Shown: positions 1 through 13,728 of the stretch, one piece after another
Position numbering within the stretch: position 1 is the stretch's first letter
Layout: each line of letters opens with the position of its first letter
Assembly: GCA_951406725.2 (NCBI GenBank)
Contig: OX597838.1
Span: 31,682,001 to 31,746,000, forward strand
DNA: 64,000 bases
Direction of reading: 5' to 3'
From: Octopus vulgaris
Taxonomy: Eukaryota
The notes under the pieces: generated by a model
Told to the model about the DNA's origin: nothing
Seen by the model: the letters and a program-made list of their open reading frames with translations, nothing else
The model's database searches: none
Made by a program: the position numbers and the translations under genes

Positions 1-10
1 AAAGAAGCCC

Positions 11-47
<37 letters not shown>

Positions 48-258
48 TCCCCCTCCACCACTTGACAACTGGTGTTGGTGTGTTTACATCCCCATAACTT
101 AGTGGTTTGGCAAAAGAGACCAGTAGAATAAGTACCAGGGTTAAAAAAAACAAACAAACAAACAAGTAGTAGGGTTGATCATCTATTTGACTAAAATTCT
201 TCAAGGTGGTGCCCCAGCATGGCCACAGTCTCACAGCCGAAACAAGTAAAGGATAAAA
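1..258 (+). mobile_element. 3' part of tRNA-derived CORE-type SINE (family C, OR-like)
   Basis: Internal (TG)n followed by gtccccc...gacaactggtgttggtgtg...ccagcatggccacagtc...gaaacaagtaaa tail, matching the full copy at 39047-39457. Confidence 0.8.
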
Positions 259-2493
259 GATATAAATTGCATACGCATGCGTGCGTGCGTGTGTGTGTGT
301 GTGTGTGTATGCACTTGTGTATGCATGCAGAAATGTTAGTATCCTCCAGTGTTTTGAGATACACTTGTATATGAATTTGTGTGCTAACATGTGTTTGTGT
401 GTGTGTGTCTGTCAATGTATGTGTGTGTGTGTATGTGTGTGTGTGTTCATCTAGTCACTCCATTGTAATAAATGTAATGCTCTAGAATACTGTAGTTAAG
501 CTTAAAATAGATTTCCAGGGCAGCAGTTGATAGGTAAGAGAAAGAGGGCAGCAAGGAAGATATGGTCTCTATTATTCACTTCCCCACCACCACACACACA
601 CTTTTCATCATTCTCCACCCTTGTCCACTCACCTCGAACTGCTACACACACACACACACTCTCTCTCTCTCTTTCGCTTTCTCTTTCTCTCTCCATCTAT
701 CTTGAAGTAAATCCACTTTTGTCAGCATTATTGGATAGATGCTGTGTATATGTGTTGTATAGTTGCTTTCCTTGTACAGTTTATAGGTGCTATGTGTGTG
801 CATGTATGTATGTTTGTGCATGTATGCGTGTGTGTAGGTGTTGTGTGTGTGGTGTACACATGTGGTGTTGATTGTTATGATGTAAGCATCACCTGGTTTT
901 AACACCACCTCTTGGCCTTTGGGTGCTTTTAGCAGAGGCCTTTGTGGTCTTTTTCTTTTTATTTTTTTGCAAGTATTTGGGCCAAGTCTCTGGTCGAAGG
1001 ATGACTTCTTCCCACCAGTTTCAGAGACCATGGAAAGTGTCATGGACACCACCTTTTTACCCTTCTGACTAAGCTACTAACAAAATAAAAGTGCAAGTTG
1101 TTCCTAACTTACATCTTTTCCCTCCTCTCTTCCTTATTGCTCTTCTTGTTACTGTTGTTGTAACTCTTTTTGTTGTGTTATCCCTCTTGCCAGCCATTTC
1201 CACCCCATCCTGCAAGTATCTATATTTACACTGCTTTACATATATTAAAATACGTTTAGCATTGCTGCTTAGGAGTTCTGAGGGAAAAATGCAAATTTAG
1301 CAAAGAAGAATGCTTGCAAAATTGAAATACCAAACATTTTCAAACATAATTACTCCCATTATTAATTCTCTTTGACTCTTCATGGCAACTCACTGAACTC
1401 TTCTATCAATTCTCTCTATACTATCTTTGAAGGATTTAGAAATTATAATTTCTATATGGAGTCATTATTAAAGGTCAATTATATTTGATAACTGGATAAT
1501 GTCTGGACTAAACAATTGATGGTAGGTATGACGATACTCATCAATGCACACCAGCCTCTGGCCTCTGTGTGCTGTCTTTTCTGTATACTTCTTCTGCAAG
1601 TGGTACAGCATGGGTTTTGTCTACCCTTTATGGTAGCCAATTTAGTCACCCCTCTTTCTTAAGTGAAAACATACTTTTGACTACAGTGAATGCATGTATA
1701 TAAAGCGAGCAGTCTGCACTTTTTGTGCAGTCTGCACATCCCACTCTAGGTCACTGTCTTCTACCTCTGCAACAGTAGTCATTGCTTTTTCCTAATTCAC
1801 TTACCTCTTCACCACATCAACACCCATGTTGTTACCCCTTGCAGGACATGCACTAATCATTATGCATTTGATATGTTACCTCTGAACATCAACCATCTAC
1901 AGTTCCCTCCCTGGCCATGAGGGAACATTAAACTCGGAAGGCATTCCCTTTCCACTTGTGTTTTTCCTGAAATCATTTATTCACAAGGAACATCAACTAC
2001 ACTACATTAGTCTCACTAAACTCGGAAGGCATGTAAAAAACCAAAGACACAGCTCAGGTTGTGGAATGGATAATGTGGATAAACTCCCAAGTTCTTGCTT
2101 AAACAGCAGACACATAAGAACAGTTTTAGGAAGTAATTCTTCATCTGTTTCTGCTTAACCCTGTTATTTTGTTGAGAAGTTATACAGAAAATACTTCTTA
2201 GCTTACATGTGGGTGGGTAAGCTATACCTCCTCCCCTCCGTGATTCATTCCATACCAAAACTATGTTATTTTTAAAACATATAAACATATTTTAGTATAC
2301 TAAATTTTCTAGGTTTCATACTTTGTTCAGTGCAAGGAAACTGTTTTTCGGGCTGTACCAAGTGTGACTCTCAGTGCAGTTGTTGTTGTTTTGTTTACAT
2401 TTAGTTTGAGAAGGAAGCCATGCTCATTAGCTGCTACAGGCCTTCTGTAGACTTTGTAAGGCAAATGTGGTTAATATTGTCAGAATATTTGAA

Positions 2494-2559
<66 letters not shown>

Positions 2560-2564
2560 CATTA

Positions 2565-2790
2565 TACTAAATTAGAGATAAAACCACTATTAGGCAAATC
2601 AAACAATGAAAAACATAAGCCAATACATAAAATTAATTAATTTATATTATTTTAAATATATATCAAAAGTATTAAAAGTTTAATAAAAGATAAAGAGTAA
2701 AACACTACGATCGTTTCATGGTTGTACAATTCGTAATAATTTGAGTTATGGTTACAGTACAGTCAATCTTCAGGTAATTGAAATATTTAT
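2565..2790 (-). mobile_element. Probable Penelope-like element terminal fragment with a hammerhead-like motif
   Basis: AT-rich insert next to (TA)n. The minus strand has CTGAAGA...GAAACGATCGTA, a minimal hammerhead layout. Confidence 0.45.
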
Positions 2791-3077
2791 CTTAGCGATG
2801 TTTAGCAATGAACATACATATATATAAATTTGCTCTTCTCTGAAAATTGCTAAGCTACAAGTGGTGATAGTGTCATTTCCCCCTGTCAACAAATCATCTG
2901 CTGCTTTGGTGCTTTCGAATATCTCTAGAATAAATAGTAGAGTCCTTATTTGAAAAACAAGCTAGGGTTAGTGACACCAAGAGCATTGGCTGTAAAACAG
3001 TGCTACAATATATACACATCTAAGCTTTACTAGCACAGAAAAATACTCAAAATGAATGAATGAATGGATATATATGT

Positions 3078-3357
3078 CATCATCATCATCATTTAACGTC
3101 CACTTTCCATGCTAGCATGGGTTGGACGATTTGACTGAGGTTTGGTGAACCAGATGGCTGCACCAGACTCCAATCTGATCTGGCAGAGTTTCTACAGCTG
3201 GATGCCCTTCCTAACACCAACCACTCCGAGAGTGTAGTGGGTGCTTTTACGTGCCACCGGCATGAGGGCTAGTCAGGTGGTACTGGCAACGGCCATGCCT
3301 AAATGGTGCTTTTTATGTGCCACCTGCACAGGAGCCAGTCCAGCGGCACTGGCGCCA
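3078..3357 (-). mobile_element. 5'-truncated RTE LINE 3' end (family A)
   Basis: (CAT)n tail, then ccatgctagcatgggttggac...ctacagctggatgcccttcctaac. Longer copies at 38367, 47636 and 62887 join this sequence to an RTE ORF terminus. Confidence 0.8.
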
Positions 3358-3688
3358 TATATATATATATGCATACAGAGAATATAATGAAGACACCGAA
3401 AGAAGAATGGAGAATTATACTTCTTCAAAATTTATTTATTATAAAATTATTGTCATTAAATTCATATTAGATATCTATCCAACATCTGTTTCTGCTGGAT
3501 AAGTGTTCTAATGTCCAACCAGATCTGGATTATATCAGAATGTTAATAAGGTATCTGTCCAGAGTCCAAACCCCCTATTCATTTACATTACACACACACA
3601 CACACACACACGTGTGATCATGTGTATGATGTATGTATACACATTTGAAGGATTGCAAAAAGCTAAATGACTATTGAGGATTGAACAC

Positions 3689-3754
<66 letters not shown>

Positions 3755-4865
3755 TGAAAATGCAAAGTTCTAAGAATCATCGTTCCTGAAAAACAAAAAG
3801 AAGATCCTCCAAAATTATTATCAATTTTTTTCAAAATGAATACAATTTGTTTTCTAAACACAGCCCTCAGTTTATGTGTCTTGTTAAAGCTGGTGGCTAT
3901 GTTTTAGTTTTGTCAAAGCTACAAATGTCGGGTTGCCATTTCGTCTAAACAAGATGTCAGTGGAGGAAGCTACTCACACTTCTTCTTCCTCTCTCTCTCT
4001 CTCTCTCTCTCTCTCCCCACCAACCAGTCTATTTTTATTGCATATTAACATTTATCATCATAAGAATGTGAATGTTTATTTATGGTCCTTGCTCTGTATT
4101 TGTCATCTCTTTGCTATACTTCCTCCATTGCATTACATCATATCTCTCTCTCACACTCTCGCATCTACTCTCTCTCTCTATCATGCTCTCTCATGCTTTT
4201 TCTCCCTTTTGCTCACACTCACTTTCTTCCTGTCCCCCCCCCCACCCTCTCATACATGTTTTTTTCCTTCATCTTCAACTGGCAGCTTTGTTGCAGTTTA
4301 TCACTTTATCAGTTTGGGAATTTTTTTTTTTCCCCCCCAATATTTTTTGTCAGTTTTTCTTTCTTATTCCTATTTTTTTCTGTCTGTTTTCATTTTTTTT
4401 TTCTCTGTATTAACTTTTAATTTTTTTATATTATTATATATTTATTTTTTTCCCCCCTGATAATGCTTTTGCTTCTATTTCAATTGTTTAAATCTGCACT
4501 TGGTGCAGTAACCACACTACTGCAGCACCTGTAAGCATTACAAATATTTATAATGCAGAAATCCTGGTACCTGTTACACCAGATCCTTAGACTAAATGAA
4601 TTCGTAACTGAGCCATGGCTCTTTATTCCTTTACATTCTCAATTCAATCCCTGTCTAATACCTCATGTTATTCCTCATGGGTCAACGGAATTTATTGTTA
4701 CATTCTAATTTCAAATCTTGCTAAAATCAGTTTTGCTTTCCTTCCCAGTGAAGTTGATACCAGTTATGTCTTGGCGTTGATTTGACATTAATGACTGTTT
4801 CCTCTTCTAAAAAATTTACAGACCTGTATCTATATTAGAAATCATTATTTTTATTGTTATTCAGA

Positions 4866-5213
4866 GAGGCGATTCTCAGCCCCTTTTTTTTTTATTATCT
4901 ATGGACTCTTTTGATTACTATTTTTCTCTGGTGGACCCCCATAGCCATGTGATGCTTAAAAACTAGCATTATAGATACCTCTTTCAAAATTCCTATTTTG
5001 TTTTTCGTACATTAACTTGTGTAAGTTGAACTACGTAAAATGTTTGAGAAGGAAACCCAGCTGTTTCTTACAATAAACACATCTAAAGAAAATTTTTTTT
5101 ATGAACCCTTAAAATACTGCTTTGGATTTCCAATTTACTATTTTGCTTGCATGGAGCCCCAAAATTCTTAAATGGACTCCCAGGGACCATCTGAACCCTG
5201 GTTGAGAACCATT
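4866..5213. mobile_element. hAT-like MITE (family H)
   Basis: Shares its body with 59696-60217 and ends gaaccctggttgagaaccattg; degenerate TIR and TSD. Confidence 0.6.
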
Positions 5214-7303
5214 GATTTGGAACATCAAACAAAAGGCTTTGCAGCATTTCTTCAGGCTCTTTAAGTGTCATGGTTCAATTACTGCCAAGGTCAACTTTGC
5301 TTTCATCTTTTTTCAGGGTCAATAAAGTACAATACCAGTGAAGTTATGGGGTTTTAATTTATCCTATTCTTCTAAATTACTGGATTTTTACCTAAGCTAC
5401 ATATGATTATTATCGGCAGTATTATATTAGAGTAGGCCCTGCATCTGAAGATCCTTTCACTGAGAAAATGAAAGGATCTTCAGACACTGGACCTCACTGA
5501 GGAGATGATAAGGAACCAGAGCTTCTGGTGATTTACTAACTTGAGAAGACGTGTTAAGCACCCAGGGGTCTTCCAGCATGCTGGACACCAACCTAGAATT
5601 TCCAAGGGCCTATGCTATTGCTAAATAGTTGTTGTACCTATACTAGATTCATTTGTTCTTTTGACAGGTCTTGTTTCTGGTCTTGCTGGGTTTCTAGCAA
5701 TCCTCCTCATTAGGCAAGCCTAGTGCTGGTTTAGTCACTGATGACCTGACCATGCAACAAGCTGTACTGGATTCCTCATTACCAGTAGCACTCATGAGAG
5801 ATCTCACAAGTGACCTGACTATAGGAATATATTTAGTCCTATATATAATATTGTCCTTGATAGAGTATGCCTGAATGGTTATAGATGGAGCTTTTTTAAT
5901 CATAGGTCTGCTTGTTTAGAGCTGACCTAGAGTTAAACAACAATAATGAAAGGTGTACTATTAATATAGCAAGGTCAATTCAGTTGGATTTATCTCCCTT
6001 CCCTGTGGAAGTTGGTTTAAAAAAAAAAAATTCAATATTTTTTGTGAAGACTACAATCTCCAATCATGACCACTATCGACCTAGCACCAGTATTAACCAA
6101 TCTCTACTACCACTACCATCATTATTAAACATTATCAGTACTATCACCATTCTCATTGACAAACCACCACCCCAATACTGTACCAAGTATGCCTATACAT
6201 AGCTAAGTTATTCATTTGGTAATTTGTTATATATTAGGTCCTATGTCAAGGAATTTGGCCTGCAGCACACAACTATAACAAGTGTGTGTGTGTGTGTTTG
6301 TGTGCATGTGCATGCATATAAGTACATTAAGTGGAATGATACTACTTCACTTTTGTATGGATACATGTGGATACATAGGAACACATGGATGCATGCATGG
6401 ATGCACTTGCGCACATTTCTGATGTATATACAAACTCACACTTGCATGCATGCATTTATTTTCTTCCCCTCTCTTTCTCTTTGCCATAGACATACTGTTG
6501 CACATAAATGCACACATTTTGCACATACTTGTGCAAATGTGTAGAAAATATAAACACACACCGTTTCTCTCTCTCTCTCTCTCTCTCTCAGATTTATCAA
6601 CAGCAACATGTTTGTCTTGGTATGTTCCAGTAATTTGTTGGTGCAGGATGAAGAGGCAATGAATGAGAGCAGAGGTGTCAGGTGGTGGTGATAAGGGTTG
6701 TAGTGACAGTGAAGTTGATAGCAGTGTTGGAACTTACAGTGATGATGATGATGATTGTGGCAGTGGCAGTAGTGGTGGTGGTGGTGGTGGAGGATATAGG
6801 AAGAGGAAATAAGGTAAATTAGTTATGGTGTCAAATCCAGAATAAGGTAATTCTTGTTCTAGAGAACCGGAGTTGGTGGTGGTGGTGGTGGTGTGTGTGT
6901 GGTGTGGTATTCCTGTAAGAGAGGGTTTTGATGTGCAACTTCTCAAAAGGAACATGAACTGTTTCAATCTTTTCAGCCTCGGAGGGTCTGTGATGGCAGT
7001 GGGTACAGTTTTTTTTTTTTTTACTTTGGTTCAAATCACTAGAGAGAAGTGGAGGAAGTAAAAACAACCTTTGATTAAGGAACAGAGAAATGGTGTTGAA
7101 AAGATTGTGTGTGTGTGTGTGAATTTTAAGGAAGTGTCTTTAAATATTGCAGAGATGGGTGGATGATGGGACAAAAAGTAATGAACCAGATTACAGTAAA
7201 AGGCTAAAGAACATACTGGAGCAGTGAGTATGTGTGTTAGCATAAGTGTTTTGTGTGTGTGTGTGTTTGTTGTGACATTTGTGTAAAGGAGAGAAGAATT
7301 TAA

Positions 7304-7528
7304 CCCTTTAGCATTTAAACCGGCCATATCCGGCCAAAAGTATTCAGCCTGTTTTAAGTTCAAACTGGCCAGATCTGGTCTCTCAGACCAATCCTACAAT
7401 ATTGTTTTAAAAATTAACAGCTCATAGCTGTTAAAAAATCTCATAGCTACAAAATAATGCATGATTAGTTCAAAACAATGTGGATAAAAAAGGATTAATT
7501 TTGGCAGAATAATGTGAACACTAAAGGG
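7304..7528. mobile_element. piggyBac-like MITE (family D)
   Basis: TTAA|CCCTTTAG...CTAAAGGG|TTAA, i.e. TTAA target duplication with CCC-start TIRs; other copies at 9712, 10390, 23551 and 23888. Confidence 0.85.
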
Positions 7529-7909
7529 TTAAGGTTAGCTATTGTGACAGTGTCAATCCAGAGAAGAAATGGTGAGTAATAAATACCAGTAATATATTCA
7601 GGAAATGCAAAGGTGGCTGAGCAGATAGTGGGGATAACTAGTGAGCAGTTGAGAGATTCATATTTGTCAAATGATCAGCGAGAAATCTCACTCAAATCAC
7701 ATTCTATCTAGTTATTTAATGCTACATTACATAGTTGAATACAGATGAGTTGGTCATGGCTGGAATGTCTTTGTTGTAGATGACTGAGATTAAAGCTAAT
7801 CTAAACTAAATCACAATAACTTGATATACATTATACTTTATAATGTCTTGTTCCATTGTCAGTTATATAATCTCTTATACTCTTTTACTTGTTTCAGTCA
7901 TTTGATATG

Positions 7910-7962
<53 letters not shown>

Positions 7963-7986
7963 CACACATATGTATGTATATATATA

Positions 7987-8852
7987 TTGGGTTGTTCCAT
8001 AAATAATGCAGTTTTTCCAGTTGCATGAACTAAAAGTCGGAGGGGTACAGGATAAAGTACCCGCATCGACTTGCTATAAACGCTGGTAGTAATTTTACCT
8101 TGTACTTATTCTTAGTGCAAGTTTTGAAGAGTGCAGTTTGATTTTAATTAGTTATTTTTCAAAGCTATAGTGGAAGTGACAAAGGAGCATATTTGGCATA
8201 TTTTGCTTTATGAGCTCAATAAAGGCAACAACGCAATGAAAATGCAGTATATGGGGAATGGACAATAAGCATAAGCCAGTGTCAATGGTGGCTCCAGAAA
8301 TTCCGAGCCAGAAACTACAACCTAGAAGACGAGTCTCATCCTGGAAGATCTGTAGAGCTCAACGAGGACATCCTGCAAACCCTGGTGGAACAAAATCCCA
8401 TTGTAAGTGTTGAGGAACTAGCAGAGTAACTTGCATTTGGTCATTCAACCAGTCATTCAAATCATCGCTAAAAGAAAAACGATCATCTTTGGTTTCTTGA
8501 CAAAAGGTGTTCTTTCATCAGAATAATGCTTGGCCAATACAGTGAAGATGATATTCCAAAAGCTGGAGCAGTTTGAATGGGAAATGATGCCCCACCAACC
8601 ATATTTGCCAGACATTTGTCCTATCTGATTATCATTTATTCCGCAGTCTGTAGACAAGGTCAGAACAGTACTGGAGGAGTATTTTTCATCACAGACAAGA
8701 GAATTTTGGAAGAGGGCCCTTGCAAGTTTATCAGGTAGCTGGAAAAGCATTGTAGAAAATGAAGGAGAGTATATTTTAGATGAAAAAATAACTTTAATTT
8801 AATTTTGAAAAATAAAAGTATAAAAAACTGCATTATTTATGGGATGACCTAA
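7987..8852 (+). mobile_element. Internally deleted, inactivated mariner transposon
   Basis: TA-flanked TIRs (ttgggttgttccataaataatgcagtttt / aaaactgcattatttatgggatgacctaa). Decayed transposase: HILLYELNKG..., WLQKFRARNYNLEDESHPGR..., PHQPYLPDICP (YSPDLAP motif), WKSIVENEGEYI. Confidence 0.9.
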
Positions 8853-9711
8853 TATATATTATATAATTATCCTTTCTTTCTCACATACACTATTTTCTCT
8901 AATCACCTCCTTTCTATACCTTCAGATATCTTTCTCCTGGGCCATGCTCAATTTAATACCTCATACACTATCTTTTGCTGCACCCCCTCATTTCTGCCAT
9001 CATGCCCATTCACTCTAGCCACCCACATGTACCCTACATCTCCCTTCTCATTACTCTTAGGCCTTGCATACCACCCCTCTACTTTCTGATCTATCCTCCT
9101 TCCTGAGGCACTTCTAGCTCTCCCACCTTACATCTCCCCATCATCTGTACCCCTACTTTTGTTTGTTACTCACTGCATTTACCTCTGTCTCCATCCTTAA
9201 GCATCTGTTGCTCTCCCCTTAGACTCTTGTAAAAATATCCACTCTCCCCTTCCTCCCAACACCTGTTTTTATTCTCTCTCATGCTCAACTTCTTACATCT
9301 TGAGAGTTTGCTTTGGCACTCCATCACTATGTTCTCTTATCTCCTTCTTAACTACTCCCACCCACACCTCTCCAGCAAGACACTTGTGCTTGCCCTTCTA
9401 ATATACTTTACCCTTTCAACATCCAGCATAAAGCTACCTTCTCCTCTTAAATATTCCCCCTCCCACTTTTTCTTTTTCCCCTTTCTGTCTTGCAAGTTAG
9501 CAACCTCACTAGCTTCAGCGACATGAAAAAAAGCCCCAGTACACACTGTGAAGTGGTTGGCATTAGGAATGGCATCCGACTGTAGAAACCAGGCCAAAGC
9601 TGATACTGGAACTCAGTGCTGTGCAGCAGTCCATCAGATCCAATCAAACTGTTCAACCCATGCCAGCATGGAAAACAGGTGATGATGATATATGCAGCAA
9701 TCCTCATTTAA

Positions 9712-9931
9712 CCCTTTAGAATTCAAACCGGCCATATCCGGCCAAAATATTTAACCTGTTTTATATTGAAACTGACCAGACCTCGCCTCTCACCTCAGCC
9801 CTACCATGTCATTCTAAAACTAAAAAATCACATCACTGAAATCTCTAAACTACAAGATAATGCATGATTAATTCAAACCATTTTAAATAAACAAACATCA
9901 CATTTGATAGAATAATCTGAACACTAAAGGG
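9712..9931. mobile_element. piggyBac-like MITE (family D) inserted in an old RTE 3' end
   Basis: TTAA|CCCTTTAG...CTAAAGGG|TTAA; colinear with 7304-7528. Confidence 0.85.
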
Positions 9932-10791
9932 TTAATATCTGTGTTCCATGTTACATGGATTGGATGGTTCAACAGTATCCAAAGAGCCATAGAGCTATGT
10001 TGAGCTTTAATGCCTACTTAGGCATGATTTCTACAGCTGGATGCCATTCCTAATGCCAGCCACTCTACAGGATGGGCATGCAAGATTCTAATCTGATAAT
10101 CATTGTTAATCTACAATTATGAAGGAACTTAGTGTTGAGGCAAGAGTATTTTATAAATGGGTTTCTTCACACTCTTACTACATGGCAGCCATCCGTCATA
10201 AAACACTGATGTGTGGGTGAGGAATGGAGGATAATTATACAGTATCATTGTCATTTTCATCACTAACGCAACCACCATGATCATTGTCATTCACCACCAC
10301 TACCACCACCTTTGTTGTCATCGTTGTCACCACCACCACCACCACCACCAGGGTGGTTGATTGGCAGAATTGTTAAGAGCTCTTTTTAAGCCTTTAGCAT
10401 TCAGATTATTCTACCAAATGTGATGCTTATTTATTCACAATGTATTGAATTAATTGTGCATTCTCTCATATTTGTGAGATTTCTGAGATGTGACTCTTTA
10501 CGTTGGGAATGATGTTGTAGGATAGGTGTAAGAGACTGGATCTGACTGGTTTTGAACATAAAACAGGTAAAATATTTAGGCCAGATATGACCTAAATATG
10601 GCCGGTTTGACTGGTAGACATCAAAATGAGTTGCAGTTTTACTTATGTCTCTTTCTCTGTTTTGAATTCAAATCCTGCCAGGATTGATAAAATAAAGAAT
10701 CGGTCAACTCTATAATCAATTAATATTGTCTATTCCAAATGAAATCAATATCATTATTTTCTTGGAGATCAACTTTGTTTTTCATCCTTCT

Positions 10792-11024
10792 ATTTCTTTA
10801 CTACCCACAAGGGGCTAAACACAGAGGGGACCAACACGGACAGACAAACGGATTAAGTCGGTTATATCGACCCCAGTGTGTAACTGGTACTTATTTAATC
10901 GACCCCGAAAGGATGAAAGGCAAAGTCGACCTCGGCGGAATTTGAACTCAGAGCGTAGCGGCAGACGAAATACCGCTAAGAATTTCGCCCAGCGTGCTAA
11001 CGTTTCTGCCAGCTCACCGCCTTA
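10792..11024 (-). mobile_element. Young full-length tRNA-derived SINE with Nin/Deu-like domain (family B)
   Basis: B-box GAGTTCAAATTCC and central gcctttcatcctttcggggtcga...aagtaccag domain. 18-bp TSD tttgtttttcatccttct at 10774-10791 and 11025-11042. Confidence 0.85.
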
Positions 11025-11456
11025 TTTGTTTTTCATCCTTCTGGAGAGTGTCTGTCAATGATATAAAGTACCAGTTAAGTACTAGGGGTTGATATTGTTG
11101 ACTCTTCTCTTGCCCTAGATTTCTTGTCTAGCTCCAATGTCTGAGATCAATATCATCATCATCACCATTATCATTATCATTATGATTCTCTTCTCCCTCT
11201 CCTCTGTCTTTCTGTTCCTCAGTCAACTGTGTATGAATACAAATGTAACCAAATGATGTTGCTTAACTTAATACTGTGTTGCAATAGATAACTAGATAAA
11301 TAAAGAAATGAAATTCAGTTGAATATTTGATGTAGTTCATGAGAGATGAAACAGAGTTCTTTTGACTATAGCTCTCTCTCTCTCTCTCTCATTACTCACC
11401 AGCATCCCCCCCACACACAACCCCAAACCCATCAGTGAAAGATTTATGGCTTATAA

Positions 11457-11527
<71 letters not shown>

Positions 11528-11635
11528 CTGTCTGTCTCTCATATATACACATATAATCTACTGCTCTATATTTCTCTGTCTATGTATTTGTCCATTTATC
11601 CATCTTAATATATGCACACAGACACGTGCACTCTC

Positions 11636-11670
<35 letters not shown>

Positions 11671-12092
11671 TATATTTTGGATAATTGAAATACACAAAAA
11701 AAAAAAAAAAAAACAAAACAAAAGACTAAGAATGCCATTAGGAAAGGAATTTTTGTAAGCAAGCAAACAAAAGGTGACCAGCAAATAGGGACGATGATGA
11801 TGATGACGATGATGATGATGATGATGATAGTAGTAGTGGTGATGATGATGGTGGTGGTAGTAGTGGTGGTGGTGGTAATGATGATGCTGATGATGATGCT
11901 ACAGTAGATGGTAGGGGTAGGGTAACGTATGATTGTAGTGGTTGTGTTGTCGATAGGGTGTAAGTATGGGTGATGATGACATGGAAACATCCAGTTACAG
12001 GAGTGGTTGGGGTAGGTAGGTGGGTGGGTGGGTGGAGGGAAGTTAGATGGACTTCAAATCAATATGTGATGGTTATTCTATTGATGTTCCAC

Positions 12093-12123
<31 letters not shown>

Positions 12124-13728
12124 CATCTGCCTCTTATCTTGCTCTCCCCCACCCCCCCTCTTGTCTGTCTTCAGTCTCCCCATCTTTCAATCCTATATAT
12201 ATATACGTCTGTCTGTAAGCTAACAATCTTACTGTTAATCCTCTTCTCTGCCTGCCGCCTTCCTCTCTCCTTACTCACCACACACACACACACACACATG
12301 TCTTTAGCTGTCTCTCCTCTCTCACACTCCACCTCTTGTCTGTCATCTCACCTCCCACCTCTCCTCTGACTAATAATGGCTCCAGCAGAAGGTGGAGGAG
12401 GGGAAACCAACCAAAGAAACATTCATTTTTATGATGTTTTCCTTTGTATTTATTTATTCATCTTGATTGTATTACCATGGCAATAGTGTTGTTGTTGTTG
12501 TTGTTGTTGTTAGTATTTGTGGTAGTAGTGGATATGGGCTGGGGCTGGATGTACCCCTCTGTCAGTTTCTCTGATGGAGCCAGCATCCATAATGGTGGTT
12601 TGTGGTGGGAGTGAATTGGTTGTATTGATGATGATAGTGGTGGCCAGACTTTGGCCAGTCTGTGAGCTGCACCAAATATTGAAATGATGCCAGCAGTGAG
12701 TGCAATCAGAATTTAGCAAGAATATATTGTAAAGTTTCTCCATTGATGTCGTCGCTAGTAACTCTAGCGTTGTTACCACTCATCATTCTCATGTTGATGT
12801 CACTAGTCAAGCAGTTATTGTCTCTACTGGTCATCACTTTGGTATTCACACCTGGTCACTCTCATATCATCAGTGGTCACTCTGTTACTGCCAATCACTC
12901 TGATGTTGTCACCAATAGTCACTCTGGTGACATCACCTCTGGTCTTTCTCTCTCTAACTTCAGCAGTGGTCACTTTGGTTACTCTGATGTCACCACTGGT
13001 CACTTTAGTGATGTTCCCACTCCTATCTTGATTGGAGACTCTCTTGCCGTCACAATCACTTTTTACATTTGGTAAGTCAATATTGATTGCTATTTTTTCT
13101 CAGGTTTTCTCAACACTCGATTTAGTACTCCAAATCTAATTGACTGACCAGGGCTAAATGGTCAATTTAATAATAATATACTGAACAATGAGCTAGAAGT
13201 TGGTAATTTATATTCTGTTACCTGTATTGTATTGTATCCTTGAGCAGGACATTTAACTCCTCATAGCCCAGTCAACCTAGTTACATTTAGGTATCGCAGT
13301 ATAACTGCATGCAATTAAGTATAGCTATTTGTAGCATAGTCTACAGTACAATATCCGTGAGCCAGGCACTTGACATTTCTCGGATTCCCCCCCCCATTCC
13401 TTGGATTTTATTAAGAACATATTTTTACAGAAAGGAAAACAATACATTTAAGGTATAAAAGATCAAATTATTGAGAAAAATCCCCATAACTACCTCACCA
13501 AAGAAACAAAGAAAATGAAAAAAAAAATTTGGTGGGGGATTAAGTAGCAGAAGATGGTAGGGAGGGGTGAGTAACGGGTTGTGCACTCTAGAATAAATGG
13601 CATTTTTAGCTGCACCTTGCACACATGAATGCAAAGGTATTGCTGTGGAGAATGGCCAGCAACACTTGATGTTCACTGACCAGTCTGTTTCACTGAAGGC
13701 AAGTAACACAGTGTGGTATCGTTTAGTG

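Noticed and set aside
519-533. 15-nt phase-2 microexon candidate (ttccag|GGCAGCAGTTGATAG|gtaaga)
   Set aside because: Good donor but almost no polypyrimidine tract and no homology support; expected by chance in 64 kb.
642-1052. Basic, NLS-like minus-strand ORF
   Set aside because: Lys/Arg run derives from a T-rich tract; no splice or homology support.
1091-1300. Hydrophobic ORF resembling the BLTP2 N-terminal anchor
   Set aside because: No in-frame ATG, only a weak gtatct donor, low-complexity sequence.
12477-12550. MAIVLLLLLLLLVFVVVV as a candidate first exon
   Set aside because: Hydrophobicity comes from a (TTG)n repeat and the only phase-2 donor (gtaccc) is poor.
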